64,000 nt of DNA. Origin: the human T2T-CHM13v2.0 reference genome, Homo sapiens. Shown in pieces: positions 28,130-41,930 of the stretch (positions within the stretch are counted from its first letter, which is position 1; each line of letters starts with the position of its first letter). The stretch lies in the NCBI RefSeq assembly GCF_009914755.1, contig NC_060929.1. One strand, given 5' to 3'. The notes under the pieces were generated by a model that made no database searches, had not been told where the DNA came from, and saw only the letters and a list, made by a program, of their open reading frames with translations. The position numbers and the translations under genes were made by a program.

Positions 28130-28802
28130 TTCATTAAGTTCAAGAATCTATGACTCCTACAACTCAGTAGTTAAAGAAATAACAAATAATTCAATTTAAA
28201 AATGGGTTAAGAAGTTGAATGGACATTTCTCCAAAGAAAACGTACATATGATTAATGGGTAAACACATATATTTTTAAATGGTCAATGTCACTAATCATC
28301 AGGGAAACACAAATTGAAATCACAATAAGATATTACATCATACCTGTCAGGATGCCTATTATCAATGGAACCAAAACAACAAGTGTTGATATGGATATAG
28401 AGAAACTAAAACCTTTGTACACTGTTAGTGTGGGTGCAAAATGATGCAGCCACTGTATTAAACAGTGTAGAGATTCCTCAAAAAACTGAAACTAGAACTA
28501 CCATAGGATACAGCAATCACACTTCTGATATTTCTCCAAAGGAATGTAAATCAGGATCTCAAAGAGATATTAGCACTCCCATGTTCACTGTGATACTATT
28601 CACAATAGACAAGATGTGAAGCCAACCTATTGACAGATGAATAAAGAAAATGTGGTATATGCAAACAATGGAATATTATTCAGCCTTTAGAAAGAAGGAA
28701 ATCCTGCAACATATGACAATATGGATGAACCTGGAGGGTGTGAAACTAACTAAATAAACCAGTCACAGAAAAACAAATACTGTATGACTCCATTTATATG
28801 AG
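28130..28802 (+). mobile_element. L1M (L1MB/MA-like) ORF2 end and 3'UTR start
   Basis: GACATTTCTCCAAAGAA..CACTAATCATCAGGGAAA..ATGGATGAACCTGGAGG. Confidence 0.8.
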
Positions 28803-29700
28803 CAAATCAAAACTACAATGAGATATCATCTCACCCATTTTGGATAAAATCGCTTTTATCCAAAAGACAGGCAATCATGAATGCTGCCAAGGATGTGGAG
28901 AAAATGGCACCCTGTTGGTGGGAATGTAACTTAATACAACCACTGTGAAAAACTGTATGGAGGTCCTCAAAAGACTAAAAATAGAATTCCCATATGATCC
29001 AGCAATCCCACTGCTAGGGATATTCCCAAAAGAAAGGAAATCAGCATACTGAGGAGATATCTGCACTCCCATAATTTCATTGCAGCACTATTTACAATAG
29101 CCAAGATTTGGAAGCAACCTAGGTGTCCATCAACAGATGAAGGGATAAAGAAAATGTGTTATGTATACACAATGGAGAACTATTCAGCCACAGAAAAGAA
29201 TGAGAGCCTGTCATTTACCAGTGTGGATGAAACTGGAGATCATTACATTAAGTGAAATAAGTCAGACACAGAAAGACAACCTTCACAGGTTCTCATCCAA
29301 TTGTGGGACTTAAAAACTAAAAGAATTGAACTCATGGAGATAGAGAATAGAAGGATGGTTACCAGAGGCTAGGAAGGGTAGTTGGGGCTGAGGTGCAGTG
29401 GGAATGGTTAATGAGTACAAAAATATAGTTAGATAGAATACGTAAGATCTAGTATTTGGTAGCACAACAGGGTGACTACAGTCAATAATAATTCAGGACA
29501 CAGTTTAAAATAACTAAAAGAGTATAATTGGATTGTGTGTAACACAAGGGAAGGATGAATGCTTGAGGCGATAGGTACCTCATTTACCTGGAGTGCATTT
29601 TACTCATTGTATGACTGTATCAAAATATTTATTGTACCCCATAAATATATGCACTTACTATGGACCCATAAAATTATTTTTAAAATAAAGAAAAGAAACT
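28803..29700 (+). mobile_element. Second L1 (L1MA1-3-like) 3' end
   Basis: Restarts at CAAATCAAAACTACAATGAGATATCATCTCACCC; 3'UTR GATGGTTACCAGAGGCT..AGCACAACAGGGTGACTA..A-rich end. Confidence 0.85.
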
Positions 29701-29749
29701 TAGAAACTTTAAACATAGAATCAATATCTAAGTTACCTCCCCAAGTTAT

Positions 29750-30390
29750 AATACCTGACTAAAAGAACAGAGGAAATAGAGGAGAAGAAAGTATCAAATG
29801 AATTATAAAATTAAGTTTTCCAGTTGAAACAGCACAGCAAATTCCAGCCAAATAAAAGAAAAAGGACTCACCAAGACTCATTCCTATAAGGTCCATAAAA
29901 CCAAGGATAAAGAAAAGATCCTACAAGGTTCTGAGGGTTAGAGAGGTGGGAGAATAGTTGCAGGAAAAAAAAAAAATGAAATCAGAATGAAACCTGGAAC
30001 AGGAGACCTAAAAATTCTAAACAAAGATGACATCCAGCACAAAAGTTTAACTCCTAAATTAATACTGAGATACTAGAAAACACATTTTTAATATGTGAGA
30101 TCTCAAAAAAGTACCTCCCACATTTTTATCTTCTATAATAAAAAGACAATAGATAATGACTAAAGTGGATAAATCAAGAAACAGCAAGCATATGCAATTT
30201 CTTTAGAAATACAGAAATAAATACCAGGGTGAATAAAGCACTACTAATTTGGAAATAGTTGGCTTTTTGGAGTGGAACTGAGGGGTGAGAAAGGGTGAAA
30301 CAGGAGATAACTGTTTATTATTAAATCCCCTCCAGTACTACTTGACTTGTGAATCTTTGTACTTGTATTATATCAACAAATTTTTTAATT
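29750..30390 (+). mobile_element. HAL1 / old L1 ORF1-like remnant
   Basis: A-rich GAACAGAGGAAATAGAGGAG..GGATAAAGAAAAGATCCTACAAG..GAAATCAGAATG; HAL1-like 3' end. Confidence 0.45.
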
Positions 30391-30719
30391 TGAGAAAGAG
30401 AACAACAGATATACTTGCTGTATTAGTAATCACCCAAAATGTGCTTTCCTAACAAAGTCAATTCTGACAAACTGCTGATGAAATTAAGTTTTTAATACTG
30501 GACTAAAACCACCCAGACACGTTTCACACACAGAACATGACCTGTCCGGCCTGCCTAAGTTCCCGGGTATTTGTGCTACAGAAATAAGTCTCTGCTGAGA
30601 ACTGAGGCAGGGGCCACTCTAAATAAGGCCTCCAGACCAATGTCATTCCAGATTCTGATACAGAGGAGCCTCTGTTATCTTTTTTTGATCCATGGTGACA
30701 AGGCTCTGCCCAGCACAGC

Positions 30720-30941
30720 ATGATGGCAAAAATGTCAACTATGTCCCCTGAAATCATGAATGGAAATTCGGCCTCACTGACGACTCCAGAGAATCCTCCT
30801 TTATCCAGTGAAATGGACAACAGTTCTGTAACTCCTGAAAATTCTAATGTGGATATTACCCATATTTCTGCACCCAACACAGCTACAATCTCAAAAGAGA
30901 ACTACTTGCCCATTGTTCACACAGCTCATGGGTTAACAAGA
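30720..30941 (+). other. Candidate coding-like exon of unknown gene or pseudogene (S/T/P/N-rich)
   Basis: Kozak-type ACAGCATGATGG; 74 open codons with recurring S/T-P-E motifs; ends AAGAG|GTAAGA donor; not recognised as a repeat; no downstream exon identified. Confidence 0.3.
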
Positions 30942-33262
30942 GGTAAGAAGGCATCGGTCGCTACGTTTCGGAAAGAACAGCTTCACTTCATCTGAGTCTC
31001 TGTGTTTCTGCACCAGGTGAGGAGGTGGAGGGATGTGAGGAGGGGTACTTGAGTGCTTCAGCATCTATTAATGGCTTTTGTTGAAGATCTGTTGCTTGTT
31101 TACTGTCACCCCAATAGCCACCCAAGGAGAAGGTGACAATTTCTAAGACCCTAGTGGGCCAGAATATGCTCTTTCCTTTGATTCTAAGAATCGTCTGAGA
31201 AAATGTATAGCTTTCGTGGATATTAAAAATAGAGACCGTTTTGTCAGGAGCTCTCCTGGGAGATGAGCTTTGCCCCACCCTCCCATCTCTTTTGAGAGGG
31301 AGAGAGGGAGGAGGTCCTGCTGCTCTGATTGCTGGCTGTGATAATAAGAGAGAAAACGGTCGCACTACCTGCCTGCCCTTGTAGAAAAGCTGCTGTGGAT
31401 ATGCAGAAAGAAACCCTTTCATCAGAATACAGTTGAAGGGTTTTAATATGCTTTTCACTCTAAATTTATTTCTCTTTCAAAATGGTTGTAATCAAATCAA
31501 AATTATTATTTTATGAATTCATTTCAAATTAAGATGGTTTTAAAGAAAGATATCATTGATCAAACTCCTACCAAGAGTGAAACATTTTAACATCATTGTT
31601 GCTCTGATTCTGCACAAACACAGCATATTTAGAAATGAAGAAATGGACAATGGGAAAAGGATCATTAGTCCACTAAGTCTCTCTAGATAGCACCATCTGA
31701 GGATAACTGGGGCAATGGAACTCTACCACTCTAAATAAGGTCCCTAGGTCAATGTCATTCTAGATTCCAGTAAATGGTACAAGCTTGCCTGTGAGATACT
31801 CAGAATACAAGTTTATTTTTGTTTCTTCTGTTCCTTGAAATGTACTCAGCTGGATAAAAAGTCAGGCAAACTCAAGACTTTTTTGATCACTATGAGAAAA
31901 TTAAAGCCTTATGGCCAGTTCATAGTCACAATTTAGAAATTACATCTGATTGCTTCCTCCAGCAAGAAGCACAGAAGGAAATCCTCAGCCTTCTGTTTCC
32001 AAGTTGCTATGTCACCTTCTCCTTGACCTACCCTCCCACATCATGGCTGCCTCTAGGTTTCTTCTGGATCAGATATAGAGAAGGAGGAGGCAGAAAGGCA
32101 CAGAGACTTCCTACCTGCTGTCCTGTGCTGACTACCTATGAAACTGGCTTATGAAAAAGCCAAATCCATCTCTAGTGGGCACCTTCATGAACTCTCTGGC
32201 AACAACTCCCAAGGCCAGGAGACGCAGTTTTCCTCTAGGTGTCCCTTGGCCCTCCACCCTGGGTTTCTCATGGTCCATTCCATAGAAACAACCTCTCCAC
32301 TGGACCTCCAAGGAGGTCCTCTCAGGAAAAATGTAAAATGACTGCAGATCAGCTCTTTCACATGTGGCCCACAGGAAAGACCCGGGAAGGACCCACAACA
32401 GCCCTTCTTTGCTACTGTAGCCCTCAGAACACTTTAGCAGCCACCCTGTGGACTGAGAGATTTCTAAAAGATACTGTGCTCCATCGTCAGAACTTCATAC
32501 TATTTAAGAAGTCCTGTTAAAGCTCAAAGCTATCTCATTAGTAGCTTAGGGAGGAATATGAGACTCACAGAACTCCATAAGCTCTCAAAAAACATCCCAC
32601 CTTCTTTCAAGTCTTCTCTCTACATTCTTTTTGAATCTTTTAATATCCTCCCTACATGTGATGAACTTGGGAATTTGTGAAATTGATTCCCACGTACTTC
32701 CTTTAAAAATCAGCATCTCCATCTGAAAACTTTCTTGTATCTTGATGACTCACTCAATAGTTACAATGAACCTTCTGATACACCGGTAAAGACCAAAACC
32801 AAGATTCAAATCCAGGCCTGCTAACTTCAAACCCATCCTCTTTGCTGCAAGACCATACTGATCCCAGGAACGCTACTGCCACTGACAGAACCACAATGAC
32901 TCCCTGTAACTGGCACAAGATTTACCAGTACAGCCTCTATAGAGATGAGCAACCATTCAAGCTATTTTAGATACAAAGGTCAAAATAAAGTTGACATTTT
33001 AAGAAATATGCATTGTTTGTAGACATAGAGATTGATAATCTGTAGGGAAGCCTCTCAAAACGGTAAGACATCAAGACAGCAAACATTCTCAGTAGTGAAT
33101 ATACAAAACACAGCTCATCTAATACAATTGGCTCACCAGTGGGACCTCAGCAATTCTGCTGTGTCACTCCATGAATTATCAGAATTGGAATATCCATGAG
33201 AGATCCTCTGTCTGGCACCCTCACCTTCTAATTAGGCAACCAAGGCCCAGAGAAGTGAATGA

Positions 33263-33614
<352 letters not shown>

Positions 33615-34163
33615 ACTCAGGATACTTATGCCATGTCTTCATCCTTTCACTTGATATTTGGAGTGGTTTCCCAAAAATTTAAAGGAAGAAAAAGCATTAA
33701 GAGATAGAAGACATATTTTGAGAAATTACATTCTCAGTGATGAGGCTCAATGAAGTCATAAAATGGCACCTAGATTTCATTTAGTTTTGCATTATTAACA
33801 CTGTACCACTTTCTTAAGACTAGGGTACAAAACAAGACCAGAGGTAATGCTTGTTAGATTTTATTCATATGTCATCTCTCCATTTTTATGCAAAAGCATA
33901 GCAAACTATGTATTTTGCTGTAAAGATAATTTCCCTAAATGTACTGAAAAATGAAGCTAAATGAGTCAAAGTATCATTTATGCTCAGCATGACACACCAA
34001 TATTGCACCTCGCTTATTTAAAAAGTAAAACTCTGTTGCAGATTTTATATTTTGAGCCTCATTTACATATTTGTTTCCAATCGTTGGAATATTTGCCTTA
34101 TTATCATTGACATTTTCTTATTAGACAACTTATTCTGATAGCTAGACTAAAACATACAGATGG

Positions 34164-34460
34164 GGTTGGGCACAGTGGCTCATACCTATAATCCCAGCAC
34201 TATGGGAGGCCAAAGCAAGAGGATCACTTGAGCCCTGGGCAACATAGGGAAACCTCACCTGTATGGAAAGAAAAAAAACAAAACTTAGCTGGACGTGTGA
34301 TATGCACCTGTGGTCCTAGCTACATGGGAGGCTGAAGTGGGAAGATCGCCTGAACCTGGGAGATCAAGGTTGCAGTGAGCTGTGATCATGCCACTTCACT
34401 CCAGCCTAGATGACAGAGGAGACCTTGTCTCAGAAAAAATAAAAAATAAAAAAATTAATA
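34164..34460 (+). mobile_element. AluJ-type element with short internal deletion
   Basis: GGTTGGGCACAGTGGCTCA..; GAGCCC joins TGGGCAAC directly (AGGAGTTCGAGACCAGC missing). Confidence 0.92.
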
Positions 34461-34639
34461 AAACCTATCAGTGGGTCAAAATATGTTTCGAATGATTATT
34501 TATAAACAGGTGTCATTTCTAATGAATATGCTGAAATACTTAATATCTTGCTGCCAAACTACTTCAAACTCATTTGATATCTTTATTTCCATAATTGTTA
34601 AAGAAGCCACACATAGAAAAATAACTCAAGAAGTATAGT

Positions 34640-37600
34640 TGAAGATGGCCGAATAGAAACAGCTCCAGTCTGCAGCTCCCAGTGAGACCAATGCAGAAGG
34701 CTGGTGATTTCTGCACTTCCAACTGAGGTACCCAGTTCATCTCATCGGGACTGGTTAGGCAGGGCATCTCCGAAGGAAATGCAGCAAACCCAGTCAGGGG
34801 CTTACAGATGAAACTCTCTTCTCCCTCAGACTGAGCACCTAGGCGGAGGGACGGCTATGGGCAAAGCTTCAGCGGACTTAATCTTTCCTGCCTGCTGGCT
34901 GTGGAGACAGCAGCTGATCCTGACAAGGGGTATTCTTCCAGCACAGCACAGCAGCTCTGCTAAGAGACAGGTTGCCTCCTCAAGTGGGTCCCTGACACCC
35001 GTGCCTCCTGACTGGGAGAAACCTCCAAACAGGGGTCGACAGACACCTCATGCAGGAAAGCTCAGGCTGGCATTAGGCCAGTGCCCCTGTGGGACAAAGC
35101 TTCCAGAGGAAGGAGCAGGCAGCAATCTTTGCTGTTTTGCAACCTCCACTGCTGATACCCAGGTAAACAGGATCTGGGATGGACCTCCAGGAAACTACAG
35201 CAGATCTGCAGAAGAAAGCCCTGACTACTAGAAGAAAAACTAACAAACAGAAAGCAACAACAACAACATCAACAAAAACTCAAAACCCAAATCCACACAA
35301 AAACTCAATCCAAAGGTCACCATTCTCAAAGATCAAAAGTAGATAAATCCACGAAAGTGAGGAAAAAACAGCACAAAAACCCTGAAAATTCCAAAACCCA
35401 GAATGCCTCTTCTCCTCCAAATGATTGCAACTCCTCTCCAGCAAGGGCACAAAACTGGATGGAGAATGAGATTGACAAATTGACAGAAGTAGGCTTCAGA
35501 AGGTGGGTAATAACAAATTCCTCTAAGCTAAATAAGCATGTTCTATTCCAATATAAGGAAGTTAAGAACCTTGATAAAAGGTTACAGGAACAGCTAACTA
35601 GAATAACCAGTTTAGAGGGGAATATAAATGACCTGTTGGAGCTGAAAAACATAGCATGAGAACTTCATGAAGCATACACAAGTACCAATAGCCAAATAAA
35701 TCAAGCAGAAGAAAGGATATCAGAGATTGAAGATTACCTTGCTAAAATAAGGCGTGAAGACAAGATTAGAGAAAAAAGAATGAAAAGGACTGAACAAAGC
35801 CTCCAAGAAATATGGGAATATGTGAACAGACCAAACTTATGATTAATTGATGTACCTGAAAGTGATGGGGAGAATGGAACCAAGTTGGAAAACACACTTC
35901 AGGATATTATCCAGGAGAACTTCCCCAACCTAGCAAGACAGGCCAACATTCAAATTCAGGAAATACAGAGAATACCACTAAGATACTCCTCGAGAAGATC
36001 AACCCCAAGACACATTATCATCAGATTCTCCAAGGTTCAAACAAAGGAAAAAGTGTTAAGGGCAGCCAGAGAGAAAGGTCAGATCACCTACAAAGGGAAG
36101 CTCATCAGACTAACAGTGAATCTCTCTGCAGAAACCCTCCAAGCCAGAAGAGAGTGAGGGCCAATATTAAACATTTTTAAATAAAAGAATTTTCAACCCA
36201 GAATTTCATATGCAGCCAAACTAAGCTTCATAAGTGAAGAAGGAATAAAATCCTTTCCAGACAAGCAAATCTTGAGGGATTTTGTCTACACCAGGCCTGC
36301 CTTATAAGAGCTCCTGAAGGAAGCACTAAATATGGGAAAAAAAACAGTACCAGCCACTGCAAAAACACACCAAAATATAAAGACCAATGACACTGTGAAG
36401 AAACTGCATCAACTAATGTGCAAAATAACCAGCTAGCATCATGATGACAGGATCATATTCACACATAACAATATTAACCTTAAACATAAATGGGATAAAT
36501 TCCCCCAGTTAAAAGACACAGACTGGCAAATTGGATAAAGAGTCAAGACTCATCAGTGTGTTGTATTCAGGATACCCATCTCACATGCAAAGACACATAT
36601 AGGCTCAAAATAAAGGGATGAAGGACTGTTTACCAAACAAATAGAAAGCAAAAAAAGAGAAGGGGTTGCAATCCTAGTCTCTGATAAAACAGATTTTAAA
36701 CCAAAAAAGATCAAAAAAGACAAAGAGGGCATTACATAATGGTAAAGGGATCAATGCAACAAGAAGAGCTAACTGTCTTAAATATATAAGCACCCAATAC
36801 AGGAGAACACAGATTCATGTAGAGACATACAAAGAGACTTATACTCCCAAACAATCATAGTGGGAGATGTTAACACACCACTGTCAATATTAGATCAACA
36901 AGACAGAAAATTAAAAAGGATATTCAGGATTTGAACTCAACTCTGGATCAAGTGGACCTAGTAGGCAACTACTGAACTCTCCACCCCAAGTCAACAGAAC
37001 ATACATACTTCTCAGCACACCATCACACTGATTCTAAAATTGACCACATAATTGGAAGTAAAACACTCCTCAGCAAATGCAAAAGAACAGAAATCATAAC
37101 CAACAGCCTCTCAGACCATAGTGCAATCAAATTAGAGCTCAGGATTAAGAAACTCACTCAAAATCATACAACTACATGGAAATTAAACAACACACTCCTG
37201 AAGGACTCCTGGGTAGATAATAAAATTAAGGTAGAAATAAAGAAGTTCTTTGAAACCAATGAGAACAAAGAGACAATGTACCAGAATCTCTGGGACACAG
37301 CTAAAGTAGTGTTAAGAGAGAAATTTATAGCACTAAATGGCCACATCAGAAAGCTGGAAAGATGTGAAATTGACACCCTAATATCACAATTAAAAGAACC
37401 AGAGAAGCAAGAGCAAACAAATTCAAAAGCTAGCAGAATACAAGAAATAACTAAGATCAGAGAACTGAAGGAGATAGTGGCACAAAAAACCCTTCAAAAA
37501 GTCAATGAATCCAGGAGCTGTTTTTTTTTTTGAAAAAATTAACAAAACAGATAGATTGCTAGCTAAACTAATAAAAAAGAAAAGAGAGAAGAATCAAATA

Positions 37601-40419
37601 GACACAATAAAAAATGATAAAGGGGATATCACCACTGATCCCACAGAAATACAAACTACCATCAGAGAATACTATAAACACCTCTATGCAAATAAACGAG
37701 AAAATCTAGACAAAATGGATAAATTCCTGGATACATACAACCTCCCAGGAAGAATTAAAATTGCTGAATAGACCAATAACAAGTTCTGAAAGGCAGTAAT
37801 TAATAGCCTACCAACCAAGAAAAGCCCAGGACCAGATGGATTCACAGCTGAATTCTACCAGAGGTGCAAAGAGAAACTGATATAACTCCATCTGAACATA
37901 TTCTAAACAATAGAAAAAGAGAGTCTCCTCCCTAACTCATTTTATGAGGCCAGCATCATCCTGATACCAAAACCTGGCAGAGACACAATAAAAAAAGAAA
38001 ATTTCAGGCCAATATCCCTGATGAAAATTGATGTGAAAATCCTAAATAAAATACTGGTAAATCAAATCCAGCAGCACATCAAAGAGCTTATCCACCATGA
38101 TCAAGTCGGCTTCATCCCTGGAATGCAAGGCTGGTTCAACATATGCAAATCAGTAAATGTAATCCATCATATTAACAGAACCAATGACAAAATCCACGAT
38201 TGTCTCAACAGATGCAGAAAAGGCCTTCAATAAAATTCAACATCACTTCATGTTAAAAACTCTCAATAAACTAGGTATTGATGGAACATATCTCAAAATA
38301 ATAAGAGGTATTTATGGCAAACCCATAGCCAATATCATACTGAATGAGCAAAAGCTGGAAGCATTCTCTTTGAAAACTGGCAAAAGACAAGGATGCCCTC
38401 TCTCACCACTCCTATTCAACATAGTATTGGAAGTTCTGGCCAGGGCAATCAGGCAAGAGAAAGAAATAAAGGATAATCAAATAGAAAGAAAGGAAGTCAA
38501 ATTGTCTCTGTTTGCAAATGACATGATTGTATATTTAGAAAACCTCATCATCTCAGCCCCAAAACTCCTTAAGCTGATAAGCAACTTCAGCAAAGTCTCA
38601 GGATACAAAATCAATGTGCAAAAATCACAGGCATTCCTATACACCAATAATAGACAAGCAGAGAACCAAATCATGAGTGGACTCCTATTCACAATTGCTA
38701 CAAAGAAAATATATTATCTAGGAATACAACTTACAAGGGATGTGAAAAACTTCTTCAAGGAAAACTACAAACCACTGCTTAAGGAAATAAGAGAGGACAC
38801 ATACAAATGGAAAACAATTCCATGCTCACTGATAGGAAGAATCAATATCATGAAAATGACCATACTGCCCAAAGTAATTTATTGATTCAAGGGTATTCCC
38901 ATAAAGACACCATTGACTTTCTTTGCAGAATTAGAAAGAAGTACTTTAAATTTCATATGGAACCAGAAAAGAGCATGTATAGCCAAGACAATCCTAAGCA
39001 AAAAGAACAAAGCTGGAGGCATCATGCTACCTGACTTCACACTAGGCTACAGTAACCAAAACAGCATGGTACTGGTTCCAAAACAGATATATAGACCAAT
39101 GGAACAGAACAAAACCTGACAAAAATGAGAAATAGGGAAAGGATTCCCTATTTAATAAATGGTGCTTGGAAAACTGGCTAGCCTTATGCAGAAAAAAGAA
39201 ACTACACCCCTTCCTTACACCTTATACAAAAATTAACTCATGATGGATTAAAGACTTAAATGTAAAACCCAAAACCATAAAAACTCTAGAAGAAAACCTA
39301 GGCAATACCATTCAGGACATAGTCATGGGCAAAGACTTCATGACTAAAACACCAGAAGCAATTGCAACAAACGCCAAAATTGACAAATGTGACCTAATTA
39401 AACTAAAGAGCTTCTGCACAGCAAAAGAAACTATCATCAGGATGAACAGGCAAGCTACAGAATGGGAGAAAATTTTTGCAATCTATCCATCTGACAAAGG
39501 TCTAATATCCAGAATCTAAAAAGAACTTAAATTTACAAGAAAAAAACAAACAACCCCATCAAAAAGTGGGTGAACAATATGAACAGACACTTCTCAAAAG
39601 GCGACATTTATGTGGCCAACAAACATATGAAAAAAAGCTCATCATCATTGGTCATTAGAGAAATGCAAATCAAAACCACGATGAGATACCATCTCACACC
39701 AGTCAGAATTCTGATTATTAAAAAGTCAGGAAACAACAGATGCTGGTGAGGCTGTGAAGAAATAGGAACGCTTTTACACTGTTGGTGGGTGTGTAAATTA
39801 GTTCAACCATTGTGGAAGACAGTGTGGCAGTTCCTGAAGGATCTATAACCAGAAATACCATTTGACCCAGCAATCCCATTACTGGGTATATACCCAAAGG
39901 ATTATAAATCATTCTACTATAAAGACATGTGCACACATATGTTTATTGCAGCACTATTTACAATAGCAAAGACTTGGAACCAACCCAAATGCCCATCAAT
40001 GATAGACTGAATAAAGAAAACGTGGCCATATACACCATGGAATAGTATGCATTCATAAAAAAGAATGAGTTCGTGTCCTTTGCAGAGACATGGATGAAGC
40101 TGGAAATCATCATTCTCAGCAAACTAACAGAGGAATGAAAAAACAAACTGCATGTTCCCACTCATAAGTGTGAGTTGAACAATGAGAACACATGGACACA
40201 GTGAGAAGCACATCACACACTGGGGCCTGTCGGGGGGCGGAGGGCAAGGGGAGGGAGAGCATTAGGACAAATACCTAATGCATCCAATGCTTAAAACCTA
40301 GATGATGGGTTGATGGGTGTGCCAAACCACCATGGCACATGTATACCTATGTAATAAACCTGCATGTTCTGCACATGTATACCAGAACTTAAAGTAAATT
40401 TTTAAAAAAGTATTAAAAA
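34640..40419 (+). mobile_element. Near-full-length, inactive LINE-1 (L1PA7/L1PA8-like)
   Basis: 5'UTR AAGATGGCCGAATAG..; ORF1 remnants (35357 onward, ENFPNLARQANIQIQEIQR); ORF2 from ~36441 with RT motifs ([27 protein letters not shown]); 3'UTR and A tail; many stops/frameshifts; TSD AAAGAA(G/A)CCACACATA at 34600-34615 and 40420-40435. Confidence 0.96.
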
Positions 40420-40654
40420 AAAGAAACCACACATAAAAATGGTCATGGTATTGATAATTATGTAAGATATACATATGTATCACCATCTTATAAATGAGAA
40501 TAAGAAAGTAACAAAACTAGGGAAGATTTTTTTCCATGAAAGAGATAATGGTCCAGTGCTGGATGCACCCCCTCTGCTTAGCAGGTGTGCGATAACTCTT
40601 CTAAGACAAATGACTGATGATGATTGATTATATAAATTAGATTAGGACGCCACT

Positions 40655-40750
40655 TATTTAACCCAGTAACACTGTTTTACAGATGTGGAAGACAGGATCT
40701 GAAGGTATTAAAGAACTTGGTCTAAGGACACACAGTTAGAGCCAACAGTA
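40655..40750 (-). mobile_element. MIR fragment
   Basis: TTTTACAGATGTGGAAGACAGG..AAAGAACTTGGTCTAAGGACACACAG. Confidence 0.6.
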
Positions 40751-41479
40751 GTCTTTTTCCTTTAACTTCCACCCTTTATGATTTGGTCCCTGCACACCTT
40801 TTATGTTTATTCTAATGTTTCCCACTTCTACCCATTATCCTGTGGTTGTCCACCACATCTCCAGATAAACCAGACTTCTACTTTTTGGAGCCCTGTGATT
40901 TCCATACCCATGTCTTCCTAACTGTAGCAGATACCTTCACCTAGAAAACATCTGCCCTCACTTTTCCTTTTGGAAACCTAACCCTGAAGCTGATCAGATC
41001 CCAACATCTATGGCTGGTTGGCTGTGGTGCTCAGCTCCTTGCTCTGGTCTCTGTTCGCATTTACCATGGAGGCATTGTCCATGTTTGTGTTTTACCTCCC
41101 CCACCAACCTGAGAACAGTTTTTAGGTTAATTCTGGACCTTGTTCTACTCATCTTTGTATTTCAGGCAATTAATGTCAACAGACAATTTACAAAAAACAA
41201 ATAATAATAACAATGACTAAATACCTCTAAATGCTTATTGACTAGATAAGCACTCTGCTAGTAGAAATCACTCTTCCTATTTGATGATAAAGCTTTCCAT
41301 GAAATGCAGTTTATGGTCCAAAGCACCTTCCTTTGGCTCCCTGAGTGCCCTTTGGTGCCTCTGTATTACTTTTTTATCCTCCTCCCACCTCTCCTGTCCC
41401 AAAGCCCTCTTGGTATTTTTCTTAAACCCCTTTGTCTTCCCTCCCTGTTTTAACTTTTTTTCTTAGCCTCTTCACTTCT

Positions 41480-41930
41480 CTGTCCTTGTGCTACACAACC
41501 ACTTAGCAGCACTTAACATTGCTGACCACTCTTTCTTTCTTAGAAACTCTTTGTATTCCTTAGCAATACCAACAGAACAAAATTCTAGGAATTCATCTTA
41601 GAGTCTTCTTTTCCCCTTTGTGTTGCACATCCCATCTATCAGGAAGTTTGATCAACTCCAAAAATATATATATCTCATTTTGTCATATCCTATCTATTCT
41701 AGCCTAGTCTAGACTAGCTTAGCCAAGACTATTCTCCATACCTGATCCCTTCTTGCCATTTCCACTTCTACCTCTCTGGTGCGATTCTAGTTTATTTCAT
41801 AGGAGTAACAGGTGGCCTCCATATGGGTTTCCTTCTTTCCCCGAGCGCACCTTAGATTCCATTTTGTACACAGCAAACAGAATTTAATTTTAAAATGGAG
41901 ATCAGATCACATCATGCCCCTGCTTAACTT
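41480..41930 (+). mobile_element. L2 fragment
   Basis: CAGCACTTAACATTGCTGACCACTC..AACAGGTGGCCTCC..CACAGCAAACAG..TCAGATCACATCATGCCCCTGCTTAA. Confidence 0.6.

Noticed and set aside
30524-30880. 118-aa minus-strand ORF
   Set aside because: Non-ATG start, no supporting splice signals found; probably the antisense shadow of the plus-strand ORF.
38184-38885. 233-aa reverse transcriptase ORF
   Set aside because: Fragment of a dead L1 ORF2 bounded by frameshifts and stops; the catalytic FADD motif reads FAND.
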